A stretch of 64,000 bases of DNA from Octopus sinensis. Its lineage: Eukaryota. Position numbers and translations under genes: made by a program. Below, piece by piece: positions 14,266 to 27,089 of this stretch. Below the pieces are notes generated by a model. That model worked only from the letters and a program-made list of their open reading frames with translations, did not search any database and was not told the DNA's origin. The stretch spans positions 95,232,001-95,296,000 of the forward strand of contig NC_043000.1 in the NCBI RefSeq assembly GCF_006345805.1, in the 5' to 3' direction. Numbering within the stretch: position 1 is the stretch's first letter; every line of letters starts with the position of its first letter.

Positions 14266-15573
14266 TAGCTGGTGTACTCGGTAGTTCCCGGGGGTAAAGT
14301 GGTTCTATTGAAATGCCTTATTACCCTGATATAAGAAAGCAATTTCGTTATAACTGCCACAAAAGGTGTATTTTCCATCAAAAAAAGTACAAAAACTGTC
14401 AGCTGGTAGAAGGAAAGATTGTCAGAGGTTGGTGAGAAAGAGTGTCGGAGGTTGGTGAAAGAGGTTATATAAATATATGAATGAAGTGTTCGAAGAAAGT
14501 GCAATAATAATGTTCACATTCACTGATGGTCGCTCACAATAACTGCCTTTAGCTTACGGAGTTCTTGTTTTTATAAGTATCGAAAAGCAGCCAGAAGGAT
14601 AGACATATTGTTGAGAAAAAATGATTTCATTGGAGGTCTATTATCTCCGTCCCAGCCAGTGGTGGCCTAGAAGAGGTTAGACGGGTCAAACGGCAAAGCC
14701 ATTATTCTGCTTAGCGAAGGCATCTGAGAAATGTATAACTGCTGTCATTTACAGAAAAACTATTGTTTTACCGTGAGAAAAGCGCTGTTGAAGTGTTAAG
14801 TGAAATTTGGCAATCGAGGATCGAATCCACGCCATACCTGCATGAAGCCACTACAAATAAGTTGTGAAATAAAAAAATTATCTACAGTCATGGAAAAAGT
14901 GTAAGTATAAAAATGCAGAATTATCGGAGTAATGGGCATTCAAAAAAGTATGTATGTATAGAAATGTATGAATGAAGTTTTTAAGGTTTAAGATTCAAAT
15001 TAAGGAAGTGCAATAATAATGTTCAGCAGTTCAAAACTGCGAGTAGGGAAATGCAGAATTAGGTCGGCTGATCGTGAGAATCAAATATTGATCGCTTCAC
15101 CAAAAACTGCAAGTGGTATGGGTTATTTCACTTGGATTGTTTAAATAATATATTATCAATATATAGTAGATAGAAGGATCCATTGGAGGTGCCTTATTAT
15201 CAATTTTTTTCAACTATATAAGTATGTTACGGGGTTTCCAGACATGAGTTCTACTCACGTGTCACATAAGGTGATATTGTCTGCAAAAATTAGAATTTGG
15301 ACACACAAAAAATTCAATATTAAAAGTAATCGAACACAAACAATGAAATGGGTTATTTCCCTTGAGCGTTTAAAAAAATTTGTTATATGAAGTAGATATA
15401 AATGTCCCTTTCAGAGTCCATATTATCGATTTTTTAACAAAATAAGTATTCAAAAGGTTTCAAAACATGAGTTCTATTCACGTGTCAAGTTTCATCGAAA
15501 TCAATAAAACGATGTGGGAGTTAGCTAAAAACGCCACAAACAAACACACACCGATTTTCCACATATGTAGTAG

Positions 15574-15574
<1 letters not shown>
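14265..15574 (-). mobile_element. Non-autonomous Helitron inserted in (TA)n
   Basis: The minus strand starts A|TCTACTAC (15574) and ends CCCGGGAACTACCGAGTACACCAGCTAG|T (14265), i.e. 5'-TC, 3'-CTAG, A/T target and no TSD. It has internal duplicated blocks (GTGCAATAATAATGTTCA twice; CATGAGTTCTAYTCACGTGTCA twice). Confidence 0.75.
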
Positions 15575-15633
<59 letters not shown>

Positions 15634-16420
15634 ATGTATGTATATATATATTTTTTTTTTATTATTTTATATTTCTTATTCCCTATTTTTCTCTCTTTGT
15701 TCTTTTTCTTTTCTTTCTTTCCTTACCATCCCTAAAAACCATGTCAAAACAATGGTGTAAGTAGTAAACAAGTTTTTACTTTTATTTATTCATTTATTTA
15801 TTCATTTATCTATTTATCTATTTATTTGACAACCCTTAAAAAGACCATTTCAATACAATGAAAGGTGGTGGATAGGAAAATGAATAGCCCTTCCCCTCTC
15901 TCTTTTACCCTTCCTATCTTACTATCTGTCTGACTATCTATCTATATATCTGTCAATCTGTCTGCCTATCTATCTGTCTATCCATCTTCCATTCTCTTCA
16001 AAGCCTCACTCCCCCCACAAAAAAAGAACAATGTTCTCTTATAAACAAAATAAAAAAAACATCTGTTTTATATAAATAAGCAAGATATCTGTATGTTTAC
16101 AGAAATGTATTTGGCAAGTTCGAAGAACGAATGAAAGCGCTATTATGAAAATGAAGATATAATAATAAAAAAAAGTTCTTTCCAAAATTGTGACGACTAC
16201 TTTTCAATATTCAATTCTGTACATCACACCTAACACTCTCTCTCTCTCTATTTCTCTCTCTCTCTTTCTCTCTCTCTCTATTTCTCTCTCTCTCTCTCTC
16301 ATGAAACACGTGTAGAAAATAAATTTGGAACTGAAATAGTAAGTATTAAAATAAAATTCTATGATATGGTGTGATGTATATTAGGATTTATGAATTGCAT
16401 GGGGATTTCTATCTCTAAAT

Positions 16421-16490
<70 letters not shown>

Positions 16491-16491
16491 A

Positions 16492-16571
<80 letters not shown>

Positions 16572-16575
<4 letters not shown>

Positions 16576-16819
16576 ATACTAAGCAATAAGGGTTTAGCAA
16601 CGAATTGCCTTACCACATACCGAATTTAGAAATAGCAGTCAAAGGGTTATAGCCATTTCTTCTACTAAAAAGGGAGATCTCAGTAAAAACAGCAATTGCT
16701 GTTTTTACTGAGATCTCCCTTTTTAGTAGAAGAAATGGCTATAACCCTTTGACTGCTATTTCTAAATTCGGTATGTGGTAAGGCAATTCGTTGCTAAACC
16801 CTTATTGCTTAGTATTACT
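16572..16819. repeat. Perfect 248-bp palindrome (124-bp arms, no spacer), PLE-terminus-like
   Basis: The arms are exact reverse complements about the centre 16695|16696 (CAGCAA|TTGCTG). Related sequence (ATACCGAAATTTAGAAATAGC) occurs at about 17843-17865. Confidence 0.95.
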
Positions 16820-16939
16820 TAAATTTTCCTCGAATGAGGCTTTTACATGCCGAAGACTACTTGGTGTAATTGATAATTATTCCAAATTAATTAATTTCAC
16901 CCTTCATTATTACGGATAACTATATATATATATATATAT

Positions 16940-17140
16940 AACGGGAAGCTTTATGAAAATAAACAAAAGACGAAGGCAGGTGGAGTGCAAACAAACAATT
17001 GTATTAGTATGGCGCTCAGGAATATAAATAAAACAAGTCTTTTACGTTTCGAGCCTACGCTCTTCAACAGAAAGATACACAGAAAAGAAACACGGAGAGA
17101 AACAAGGAGAGAAAAAAATGCGTGCAGAAGCTAGCGATTA
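16940..17140 (-). mobile_element. PLE pLTR-like repeat family, also at 53515-53720(+) and 52400-52555(+)
   Basis: Near-identical reverse complement of 53515-53720. Contains an HHR-like fold. Bounded by (TA)n on both sides. Confidence 0.7.
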
Positions 17141-17748
17141 CGAATATCTATATATATATATATAATATATATATATATAATATATATATATATATATAAT
17201 ATATATGTTTCTTCAGTAATTAGACTGCTGTCATGCAGAAATTTAGAAATTTAGTCAAATGAATTACCCCAGTACTTCTTTCTTAAACCTGGTACATATT
17301 CTATCGATCAATTTTGCCGAATCACTAATTTACGGCGACGTAAAACGGTTTTCAAAGAGTTGTGATGGACAGACAGACAGGCGCACACACGCACACACAC
17401 CTACACACACACCACATATACATACATACTCTTACTCTTTTACTCTTTTACTTGTTTCAGTCATTTGACTGCGGCCATGCTGGAGCACCTCCTTTAGTCG
17501 AGCAAATCGATCCCGGGACTTATTCTTTGTAAGCCCAGTACTTATTTTATCGGCCTCTTTTTGCCGAACTGCTAAGTGACGGGGACGTAAACACACCAGC
17601 ATTGGTTGTCAAGCAATGCTAGGGGGACAAACACAGACACACTATCAGGGAATGAATTATATTATCAATAATAATTAAGAGTAAACTTAATTAATTAATA
17701 ATTAATAATTTTACCAATATGTATATATATATATATATATAATATATA

Positions 17749-17783
<35 letters not shown>

Positions 17784-17966
17784 CAAAAATTCTATAATTA
17801 TAAGCATAATTATAATTAAGGTTCAGCAAAGTTGCTTCACCATATACCGAAATTTAGAAATAGCTGTTAAATACTATTCCACTACCATAAGATATCTTCC
17901 AGACAGCAATACTCCCAACTCACACAAGTAAAAAGAAAAAATAACGAATCCACCCGGATTTGATTA

Positions 17967-18040
17967 ACTATATACGCGTTTCTAGATTAAAACTATGTAA
18001 AATTGTATTTTTACTCACTTATTTCCGTCTTCAGTATAGT
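17967..18040 (-). ncRNA. Type I hammerhead ribozyme motif in a pLTR-like fragment
   Basis: ACTATA-CTGAAGA-[CGGA...TCTA]-GAAA-CGCG-TA-TATAGT: 6-bp helix I, palindromic helix III (ACGCGT), GUA cleavage site. Helix II has a closing mismatch. Confidence 0.65.
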
Positions 18041-18233
18041 ATTTCAATTATAAATTTGAGAGTACTAATAATTATATTATGTATTCAGAACTCGCATTCT
18101 TCCCCAATCACCCACGTGTGCTACGAGTAATCCCGCAGAAACTGCCGTTTACTATCAGGGAATGAATTATATTATCAATAATAACAAAGGGTAAACTTAA
18201 TTAATCAATGATAATTAATAATTTTACCAATAT

Positions 18234-18300
<67 letters not shown>

Positions 18301-18765
18301 TCGTCAGTAATTAGACTGCTGTCATGCAGAGCACCGCCTTGTAGAAATTTAGTCAAATGAATTACCCCAGTACTTCTTTCATAAACCTGGTACATATTCT
18401 ATCGATCGCTTTTGCCGAATCACTAATTTACGGCGACGTAAAATGGTTGTCAAGGAGTTGTGAAGGACAGACAGGCAGGGCAGGCGCACACACGCACACA
18501 CTCTTACACACGCACCACATATACATACATACTCTTACTCTTTTACTCTTTTACTTGTTTCAGTCATTTGACTGCGGCCATGCTGGAGCACCGCCTTTAG
18601 TCGAGCAAATCGACCCCGGGACTTATTCTTTGTAAGCCCAGTACTTATTCTATCGGTCTCTTTTTGCCGAACCGCTAAGTGACGGGGACGTAAACACACC
18701 AGCATCGGTTGTCAAGCAATGCTAGGGGGACAAACACAGACACACAAACACACACACACACACAC

Positions 18766-18801
<36 letters not shown>

Positions 18802-19519
18802 CATATATACGGCAGGCTTCTTTCAGTTTCCGCCTACCAAATCCAATCACAAGGCATTGGTCGGCCCGGGGCTATAGCAGAAGACACTTGCCCAAGATGC
18901 CACGCAGTGGGACTGAACCCGGAACCATGTGATTGGTTAGCAAGCTACTTACCACACAGCCACTCCTGCGCCTATATATATACATATATACATACATTCA
19001 AGCATACTGTTGTGGAAGGATTCCTACCACCCCCATCAAGTGACTAAAGGTGGACTGACTCATCGTTATAAAGTAAAGAACTGTGAGTGACTGGCTTTTC
19101 GGGTCGATAAACAGCCCGCTGTGAACCGTTGATATAGAGCGTCGAGTCTCGTGTAATACTAATAGTATTTCCTCCGACTCTTGAAAATGCTTTCTTTCCC
19201 CCTGCTTCGTTATATTAAGTATCCAACATACTCGGATATAAAACATACATACATATGATGGGATTCTTTCAGTCTCATCTACCAAGTCGACTGACAAGGT
19301 TTTGGTTGCCTCGAAACTATAGTAAAATACACTTCCCCAAGGTACCACATAGCCACACTAGCGCCTATATTGCATATATATTTGGGATGTGTACACACAC
19401 ACACACATCCCATATACATAAACCACACAGCCACGCCAGCGCCTAATTTGCCTATATATATATGTGGATGGATGTATGTATATATGCCTGTACTTATGTT
19501 TACAAACGTATATAATTGC

Positions 19520-19550
<31 letters not shown>

Positions 19551-19745
19551 TAATGTTTGTTGTATTTATAAAAATCCATTTAACATTCAACTGAAGAATT
19601 ACTCAATACTTTTGACATAGTATATGTTTGTTAAAATTTTACCAACAAATGGCTTGGCTGTCCACTCCCTTGCCTTCATCACACTGTCTGATGAAGGCGA
19701 GCAAACCGAAACTTCGCTGTCACTATCAAACGTTTCATATATATA

Positions 19746-19783
<38 letters not shown>

Positions 19784-20506
19784 AACAATTACAAAGGTGG
19801 TTAATTTTAAATTATATCTCAAAAATGAATAAAACGTTTGATTTCATTTTTTATACACTTTCATTCATTTATTTTGCTTCATTTCTTTTATTTCAGTTAT
19901 TCTTTTTTTCTACAATTCAGTCTCGATAGTTACAAATCCATTGGCGTCAGAAAAAAAACTCATAAGAAAACACCATCATGGTTGTTTCATAAATAATAGA
20001 CCTCTACATGAGTTGCTTTTTTTTTTCGTTTCTTTATTTTAAAAAAAGTAATATATAAATACATAATTGACATTAGCTCGCAATTTATTCATAGAAGTAT
20101 CAACGGAGACAGCCAAGTGGAATTAATGCGACATTGAGATATTCAGATATTAGTTAAAGAAAAGTTAGGATTAAGAAAAGAAAGCAAAGAAATCTATGGA
20201 ATAAATAAATAAATAAATAAATAGATAAATAAGTAAGCAACTAGATAGAAGAAAATCAAAAGAAAGAAAAGAGAATAACAACAATATGCAAAAATAAATC
20301 CGGAAACCATGGCCCCAGATCTTTGGAGTTCATTAAGAATTGACTTAATCGTTTGTCTGGATTTCTTTCAGAAGTTTAAGGTGTTGCGTTATATATCTGA
20401 CTCTTGCACATGTTGATATTTAAATATTTATTCAGACAGCTGACTCAAAATAACTTTTTTTTTCAATCAAAAGACTCTTATTATCCAATATATGTGTGTG
20501 TACATG

Positions 20507-20610
<104 letters not shown>

Positions 20611-21564
20611 ATTGCGCGCGCGCACATACAAAACACAACACACACAAACACTCATTCTCGATTGATTTTCCTTTCGTTTAGCTTAACAAAAAGAAGTCTG
20701 CAACACAAAAATAGTATTTCTATTACAGATTATGCATTTCCACGGCATTTCTAAGAGCTTCCCACATTTGAGTGTACACGACTGCTTTAAATACAAATGT
20801 ACACAGCAATAGTTTGATTCATTAGTGTTTTTTTTGCAATTTTCATTTAATTAATTTCAGCTTGACGAAGCTTTGCATGCGCCAAGAAATTTATTCTTTA
20901 TTATCTTTGCTGACATTTAAGAATGGCAATTTGAATTGTACTCTGTGTCTATAGGCGATGAAACGTAACAACGCAGAAATACGTGGCCTACATTCCAGCG
21001 AGGTCATGTATAGCCCTGATTGGTTTATTTTCACACACATTATCTATAGGGAAGAATTTATCTTCCTAGAGTGGTATTGTAGCGAGGATGTTTAAACGCT
21101 TGAATGTGTTTGTATTAAAAATATACAAATACACAGCTTCATTTATATTGAATTTATATCGCGATCGCCAGTTTCCTCATGCTCATGATCATTGTCCCCA
21201 CCTTGACTTGATGTTGATGAGGATGGCGATCATAATGGTTATGATGATGGTGGTGGCGGCAGCAGCGGTTAGAATGGTTATGGCGAGATTTCTGCTGATA
21301 ATTTATATTCACTCGAATTCCACTAGGAATTATGTTCTGAAAAATTTTAAACGACAAAACGTAATATTCGTAAAATGATATACAGGTGTGCGAGCGTATG
21401 CGTGTACGTGAACGTTGTTTTTCCTTTTCGTAAGTCAGAGGCCATGCTGGTGTTGTACTGTGGATGGTTTAGTCGATCAAAACGGCTCCAGCAAATATTT
21501 TAAGTCAAATGCCTATACGATTGAACACTTTCGACGTACCATCAAGTTCTATCTATCTATCCGC

Positions 21565-21860
21565 TCAGTCAAAGTCGACTCTCGATTACTCGATCGATCA
21601 GTGTTCTCCAGCCAGTTCTATCCTGGGTCGCTTCTTTCATATTGGCTATGTCCATTCCCGTGTCAGTCTTGATGGTGTCAAGCCAGCGGGTTCTTGATCG
21701 GCCTCTTCCTCTCTTGTCACTGTTGTCACTGACCATTCCGAGCATGATGTCCTTCTCCAGGGATTTTCTCCGCATTATATGACCAAAATATGCCAATCTG
21801 TGCTTGGTGATCCTAGCTTCTAACGACAGTTTCGGCTTAATCTGGTTAAGAACTTCTCCA
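21565..21860 (-). mobile_element. RTE-clade LINE 3' fragment
   Basis: SLEARITKHRLAYFGHIMRRKSLEKDIMLGMV...RGRGRSRTRWLDTIK...ATQDRTGWR is a typical RTE/BovB C-terminus. Confidence 0.85.
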
Positions 21861-21941
21861 ATTAATTTTTCAATGAGTCTCAGGCAGTGAGAAACAACCA
21901 CAAAGATTACGTATATATGATGTGGTAATATTATATATACA

Positions 21942-21981
<40 letters not shown>

Positions 21982-22188
21982 GTGAAATAGAAAGATGAAT
22001 AATCTTGTTGTAGATTAATCAAAAGTTAACCGATACCTTAGTAGCAAAAATCACAGCAGTAAACAGCACGGTTGGAGGTACAACCATCTGGCGTTGCAAC
22101 CGTGCGTTGGTGCGGATAATTGAAATTAAAACATTATTGGTGAATTGAAGAAATGGAGCTGAACGCAGATTGAACAGAAATCGTTTTA

Positions 22189-22278
22189 TTTCATTCTACA
22201 CGTGTTTCGAAAGGCACAAATTACCAAAATCCGATTGAATAATGGGACCATATTGTGTCTTTCTCTTCAGGAAGAAAA
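22189..22278 (-). ncRNA. Type I hammerhead ribozyme (mirror copy of 24002-24091)
   Basis: Reverse complement of the plus-strand copy. Confidence 0.8.
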
Positions 22279-24001
22279 AAGGAAATCCGTTAGAGAAACA
22301 AAAACAGAACAGAGGCGGAGCAAAAACCAATCGAACTATGCTCCTAAGAGCCATGGCGAAACTGTTTATCAGTGTATGCTGAGACCGGTGGCTGAAGAAT
22401 TCTACAGGTCAGGCATCGGTCAATCATGTGGGTGAGGGTGTATAGATGTTCTTAGTGACCGAGAATAAAGTTCTGACTATTTAAGGAATATTGGATGTTT
22501 TATAAGGGGCGAGAAAAAATCTACTTAGAGACGTGTGTGTGTGTATACTGTTCTATATTGTGTGTGTTGGCGTAGGGGTAGAAAACACTTTTTGTGTACG
22601 TGTGTGCGTTTGATCGTTCGGCTGTCAGTGGCTACTGCCGTGATAACCGTTGGGTGGCAGAAAGAAAAAAATATATATATATTATGTTTTATGTGTGTGT
22701 GTGTTCATCTGAGCCTGCCTTGTCAAGGAAACCCCCCGCTGTGAAAAAACCAAGCCCCGTTTGTCTTACAGGAGTAATTCCCCTTGCAGTGGATAATCGT
22801 AGATATCTTAAAGGCTATTTCAGAATTTGTTACCAAGGGCTATGGGTGCCGGTATTATTTATAAACGCTATTTAAAAGCCAGATAAGTGTAACGCCGCCA
22901 ATGGGGGCATCGAAAAGCCGACTGTAAGAGCCCGTTTACCATCCGCCTCTGGCAAACAAAATATGGAAGAGTTCGGAGACACAAAGGTTACACTGTCTTC
23001 TGCCCCTATCAAATGGGAGGGCCACCGACAAAATTGACCATTCCAGCCTGTAGCTTAAGTTCGTATCCTTCAGTCGCCATATTAGCTTACTGAGTCCCGT
23101 GGTCTGGCGCTTGTTCACGTCCCGAAAAGTTGCGTAATCATTACACAACTTTTCGGGACGTGCAAGCGCCAGACCACGGGACTCAGTAAGCTAATATGGC
23201 GACTGAGGATACGAACTTAAGCTACAGGCTGGAATGGTCAATTTTGTCGGTGGCCCTCCCATTGATAGGGGCAGAAGACAGTGTAACCTTTGTGTCTCCG
23301 AACTCTTCCATATTTTGTTTGCCAGAGGCCGGATGGTAAACGGGCTCTTACAGTCGGCTTTTCGATGCCCCCATTGGCGGCGTTACACTTATCTGGCTTT
23401 TAAATAGCGTTTATAAATAATACCGGCACCCATAGCCCTTGGTAACAAATTCTGAAATAGCCTTTAAGATATCTACGATTATCCACTGCAAGGGGAATTA
23501 CTCCTGTAAGACAAACGGGGCTTGGTTTTTTCACAGCGGGGGGTTTCCTTGACAAGGCAGGCTCAGATGAACACACACACACATAAAACATAATATATAT
23601 ATATTTTTTTCTTTCTGCCACCCAACGGTTATCACGGCAGTAGCCACTGACAGCCGAACGATCAAACGCACACACGTACACAAAAAGTGTTTTCTACCCC
23701 TACGCCAACACACACATATATAGAACAGTATACACACACACACGTCTCTAAGTAGATTTTTTCTCGCCCCTTATAAAAACATCCAATATTCCTTAAATAG
23801 TCAGAACTTTATTCTCGGTCACTAAGAACATCTATACACCCTCACCCACATGATTGACCGATGCCTGACCTGTAGAATTCTTCAGCCACCGGTTCTCAGC
23901 ATACACTGATAAACAGTTTCGCCATGGGCTCTTAGGAGCATAGTTCGATTTGGTTTTTGCTCCGCTTCTGTTCTGTTTTTGTTTCTCTAACGGATTTCCT
24001 T

Positions 24002-24091
24002 TTTTCTTCCTGAAGAGAAAGACACAATATGGTCCCATTATTCAATCGGATTTTGGTAATTTGTGCCTTTCGAAACACGTGTAGAATGAAA
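24002..24091 (+). ncRNA. Type I hammerhead ribozyme, canonical core
   Basis: TTTTCTTC-CTGAAGA-GAAAGACACAA...TTGTGCCTTTC-GAAA-CACGTG-TA-GAATGAAA: intact CUGANGA/GAAA core, 10-bp helix II with one mismatch, palindromic helix III (ACACGTGT). Predicted cleavage after A24083. Confidence 0.8.
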
Positions 24092-24148
24092 TAAAACGAT
24101 TTCTGTTCAATCTGCGTTCAGCTCCATTTCTTCAATTCACCAATAATG

Positions 24149-24218
<70 letters not shown>

Positions 24219-24846
24219 GTTATATATATTATATATATATATGTCTATGTGGATATATATATATATATATACATACATATATATCTTTCATAAACACCAT
24301 TGGTTTATTGTTAATAATCTCCTAAGATGCTAGGTCCATAATTGCTAGACTATTCCTTTGGATGCTTTTATAACTGTTTTATTTTTCATGTCTATACACA
24401 TACACACACACATCATTCTTTTTCCTTTTTTTTTGCTTTTCTTAATCCTAACTTTTCTTAGACTAATTCAAAATATCTCAATGTCGCATTAATTCCACTT
24501 GCTTGTCCCCGCTGATACTTTTATGAATAAGTTGTGAGCTAATGTCAATTACGTATTTATATATTACTTAGAAAAAAAAAAAGAAAGAAAAATATATAGC
24601 AACCCCTGTTGAAGTTTGTTGTTTTTATGATACACATATAATGGTCTTTTTCTATAAAGTTTCCGTTTTTCTGACGCCAATGCATTTCTTTCCACAGAGA
24701 CTAAACTGAAGAAAAATAATAGCTTAAATGAAAGAATTGTATCAAATGAATGATTGAAATATAAGACAAAATTTTTATTTGGAGATGTGATTTAAAATTA
24801 GCAATTTTTGTAATTATTGTGGAATATATATATATATATATATATA

Positions 24847-24890
<44 letters not shown>

Positions 24891-25083
24891 ATGGCTCTGT
24901 GTTCAGTGACACTGCACTGCACCTTGGGCAAGTGTCTTCTGTTAAAGCCCCGGGCTGACGAAAGCCCGGTTAATGGAATTTTAGACGGAAACTGAAAGAA
25001 GCTCGTGGTATATATATGTATGTGTGTGTGCGTGCATGTATGTATGTATGTATGTATGTATGTATGTATTATGTATGTATGTG

Positions 25084-25115
<32 letters not shown>

Positions 25116-26189
25116 TGTATGTATGTATGTATGTATGTATGTATGTATGTATGTATGTGCAGCCATGGTTGTGTGGTAAGAAGCTTGCTTTCGGCGAGCT
25201 GCCAGAAACGTTAACACGCTTAGATTCTTAACGGTATTTCGTCTGCCGCTACGTTCTGAGTTCAAATTCCGCCGAGGTCGACTTTGCCTTTCAGCCTTTA
25301 GGGGCCGATTAAATAAGTACCAGTTACGCACTGGGGTCGATATAATCGACTTAATCCGTTTATCTGTCCTTGTTTGTCCTCTCTGTGTTTAGCCTCTTGT
25401 GGATAGTAAAGAAATAGGTACTTCGTTTGCCGTTATGTTCTGAGTTCAAATTCTGCCGAGGTCGACTTAATCCGTTTTTCTATCCTTGTTTGTCCCCTCT
25501 ATGTTTAGCCCCTTGTGGGCAATAAAGAAATAAGAAACTGAAAGAATCCCGTTCTATATTTTTGTGGTGGGGTGCTTGTGTGTGTGTGTGTGTATGTATG
25601 TGTGTGTGAGTGTTTCTGTCTATGTTTGTTCCCCACTACCACGCTTGACAACTGGTATCGGTGTGTTTATCACCGCGTAACTTAGCAGTGTGGCAAGAAA
25701 CCAATATAATAAGGACCGGGCTTAAAATAGAAAATAAGCAGTGAGGTCGATTAATTTGGTCAATATTTCTTCAAGTGGTGCCCCAGCATGGCCGCAGTCT
25801 AATAACTGAAACAACTGAAAGATAAAAGATATGTGCGTGTGTATTTTTCCCCCACCACCGCTTGATAATCGTTGTTGTTTTGTTTGCCTCCCTATAAGTG
25901 AACGTTTAGGCAAAAGGGACCGATGGAATAAATACAAGGATAAAAATAATAACTATTGAGGTCGATTCATTCGATAAAAAACCTTTCGTGGTCCTGCCCC
26001 AGGATCATGGCTGCAGACTGCAACTGAAACAAGAAAAAGATAAAAGAAGATCTATAAAATAGGTTAAAAGTCAAATACTGGGGTCAACGGTATCGATTAA
26101 CCCAATCCTCAACCCAAAAAGTCCTAGCTTTGTTCCTAATTTAGGATTAAGAAAAGCAAAGAAATTAAGGAATTACTAAAACAAATATA

Positions 26190-26689
26190 CCGTAAATCCT
26201 CGAGTATAATCCGCATTTTTCCCCAAATTTAATGGTCAAAATTCCTAGTGCGTACTATATACGAGGTTAAAAATGAAAATTATTTTCTAAGAAATATCCG
26301 ATACTCTATTTGCTGTCCGGGAATTTAAATTCAGACGCATTTTGTGATGTCGGGCGCGAAAATGACTTAAGCTAAGCCTGAAAGCAATGAAGTCATAAAA
26401 GAATCATCCATAACTTGCAGTAAGCAACATTTATTAAACGTTATTACTGTTATTACTGTTATTTCTTTATTTTCTGCAAACAAAATGCACAAAAAAGTTA
26501 CACTTTTGCATTATGTTATATATACAATAATAATAAAGGACGTTACCGTATACATTTTTACAATCCAAGGACTCAAGTTAGAGAAGGCGTGCGTATTATA
26601 CACAAGGTTTAGGTTTTTCAGAGGTACAGCCCCCTAAAAATCCCCCTGCGTATTATACTCAAGGGCGGAATATACTCGAGGATTTACGG
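26190..26689. mobile_element. 500-bp Tc1/mariner-pogo type MITE
   Basis: Terminal inverted repeats CCGTAAATCCTCGAGTATA / TATACTCGAGGATTTACGG, flanked by TA on both sides. Confidence 0.9.
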
Positions 26690-27089
26690 TAAAGCCAAGT
26701 AATGATAATAACAACCTCAAAAGAAACAACCCAACAGTATCTTTGGGGATCATTAAGAACACACAGATGGTTTTCCCTTTTGTTTTTGTTTTGTTTTTCA
26801 GAAGCTATGGTGTTCTGTTGTATGTATTATATTTTTATAATATATAATCTACGATGACATACATATACATTCTTAATATGTTCTGACAGATACGAACTTG
26901 AATCGTCATTGGAGAACAACTTCTCTCCTGAGACGAATGTGCGTTCATAACACACTCGATTCGTTGGCTCTCAATGATGTAATTCAACAGCGATTAGTAT
27001 ATTTTCGTTTGAATCTGACAGAACAAATTAAGAATGAATATATAAGTCTTTGTTTTATCTCTCGCTCTTCACTGTGCGCATGACGATTT

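Larger units (their letters stand above)
21979..24152. mobile_element. Head-to-head fold-back duplication of a PLE 3' end (about 1010-bp arms, centre 23139)
   Basis: 22128-23138 is the reverse complement of 23140-24152 apart from scattered small indels. Each arm encodes the GIY-YIG C-terminus (TGLSKLIWRLKD...LEWSIL...CNLCVSE) followed by a pLTR with an HHR. An extra roughly 150 bp (21979-22127) is on the left only. Confidence 0.9.

Noticed and set aside
19682-19727. CTGATGAAGG...CCGAAAC...GTC hammerhead candidate next to (TA)n
   Set aside because: Helix I has only 2 bp and helix II only 2 bp. It may be a pLTR relic but cannot be supported as a ribozyme.
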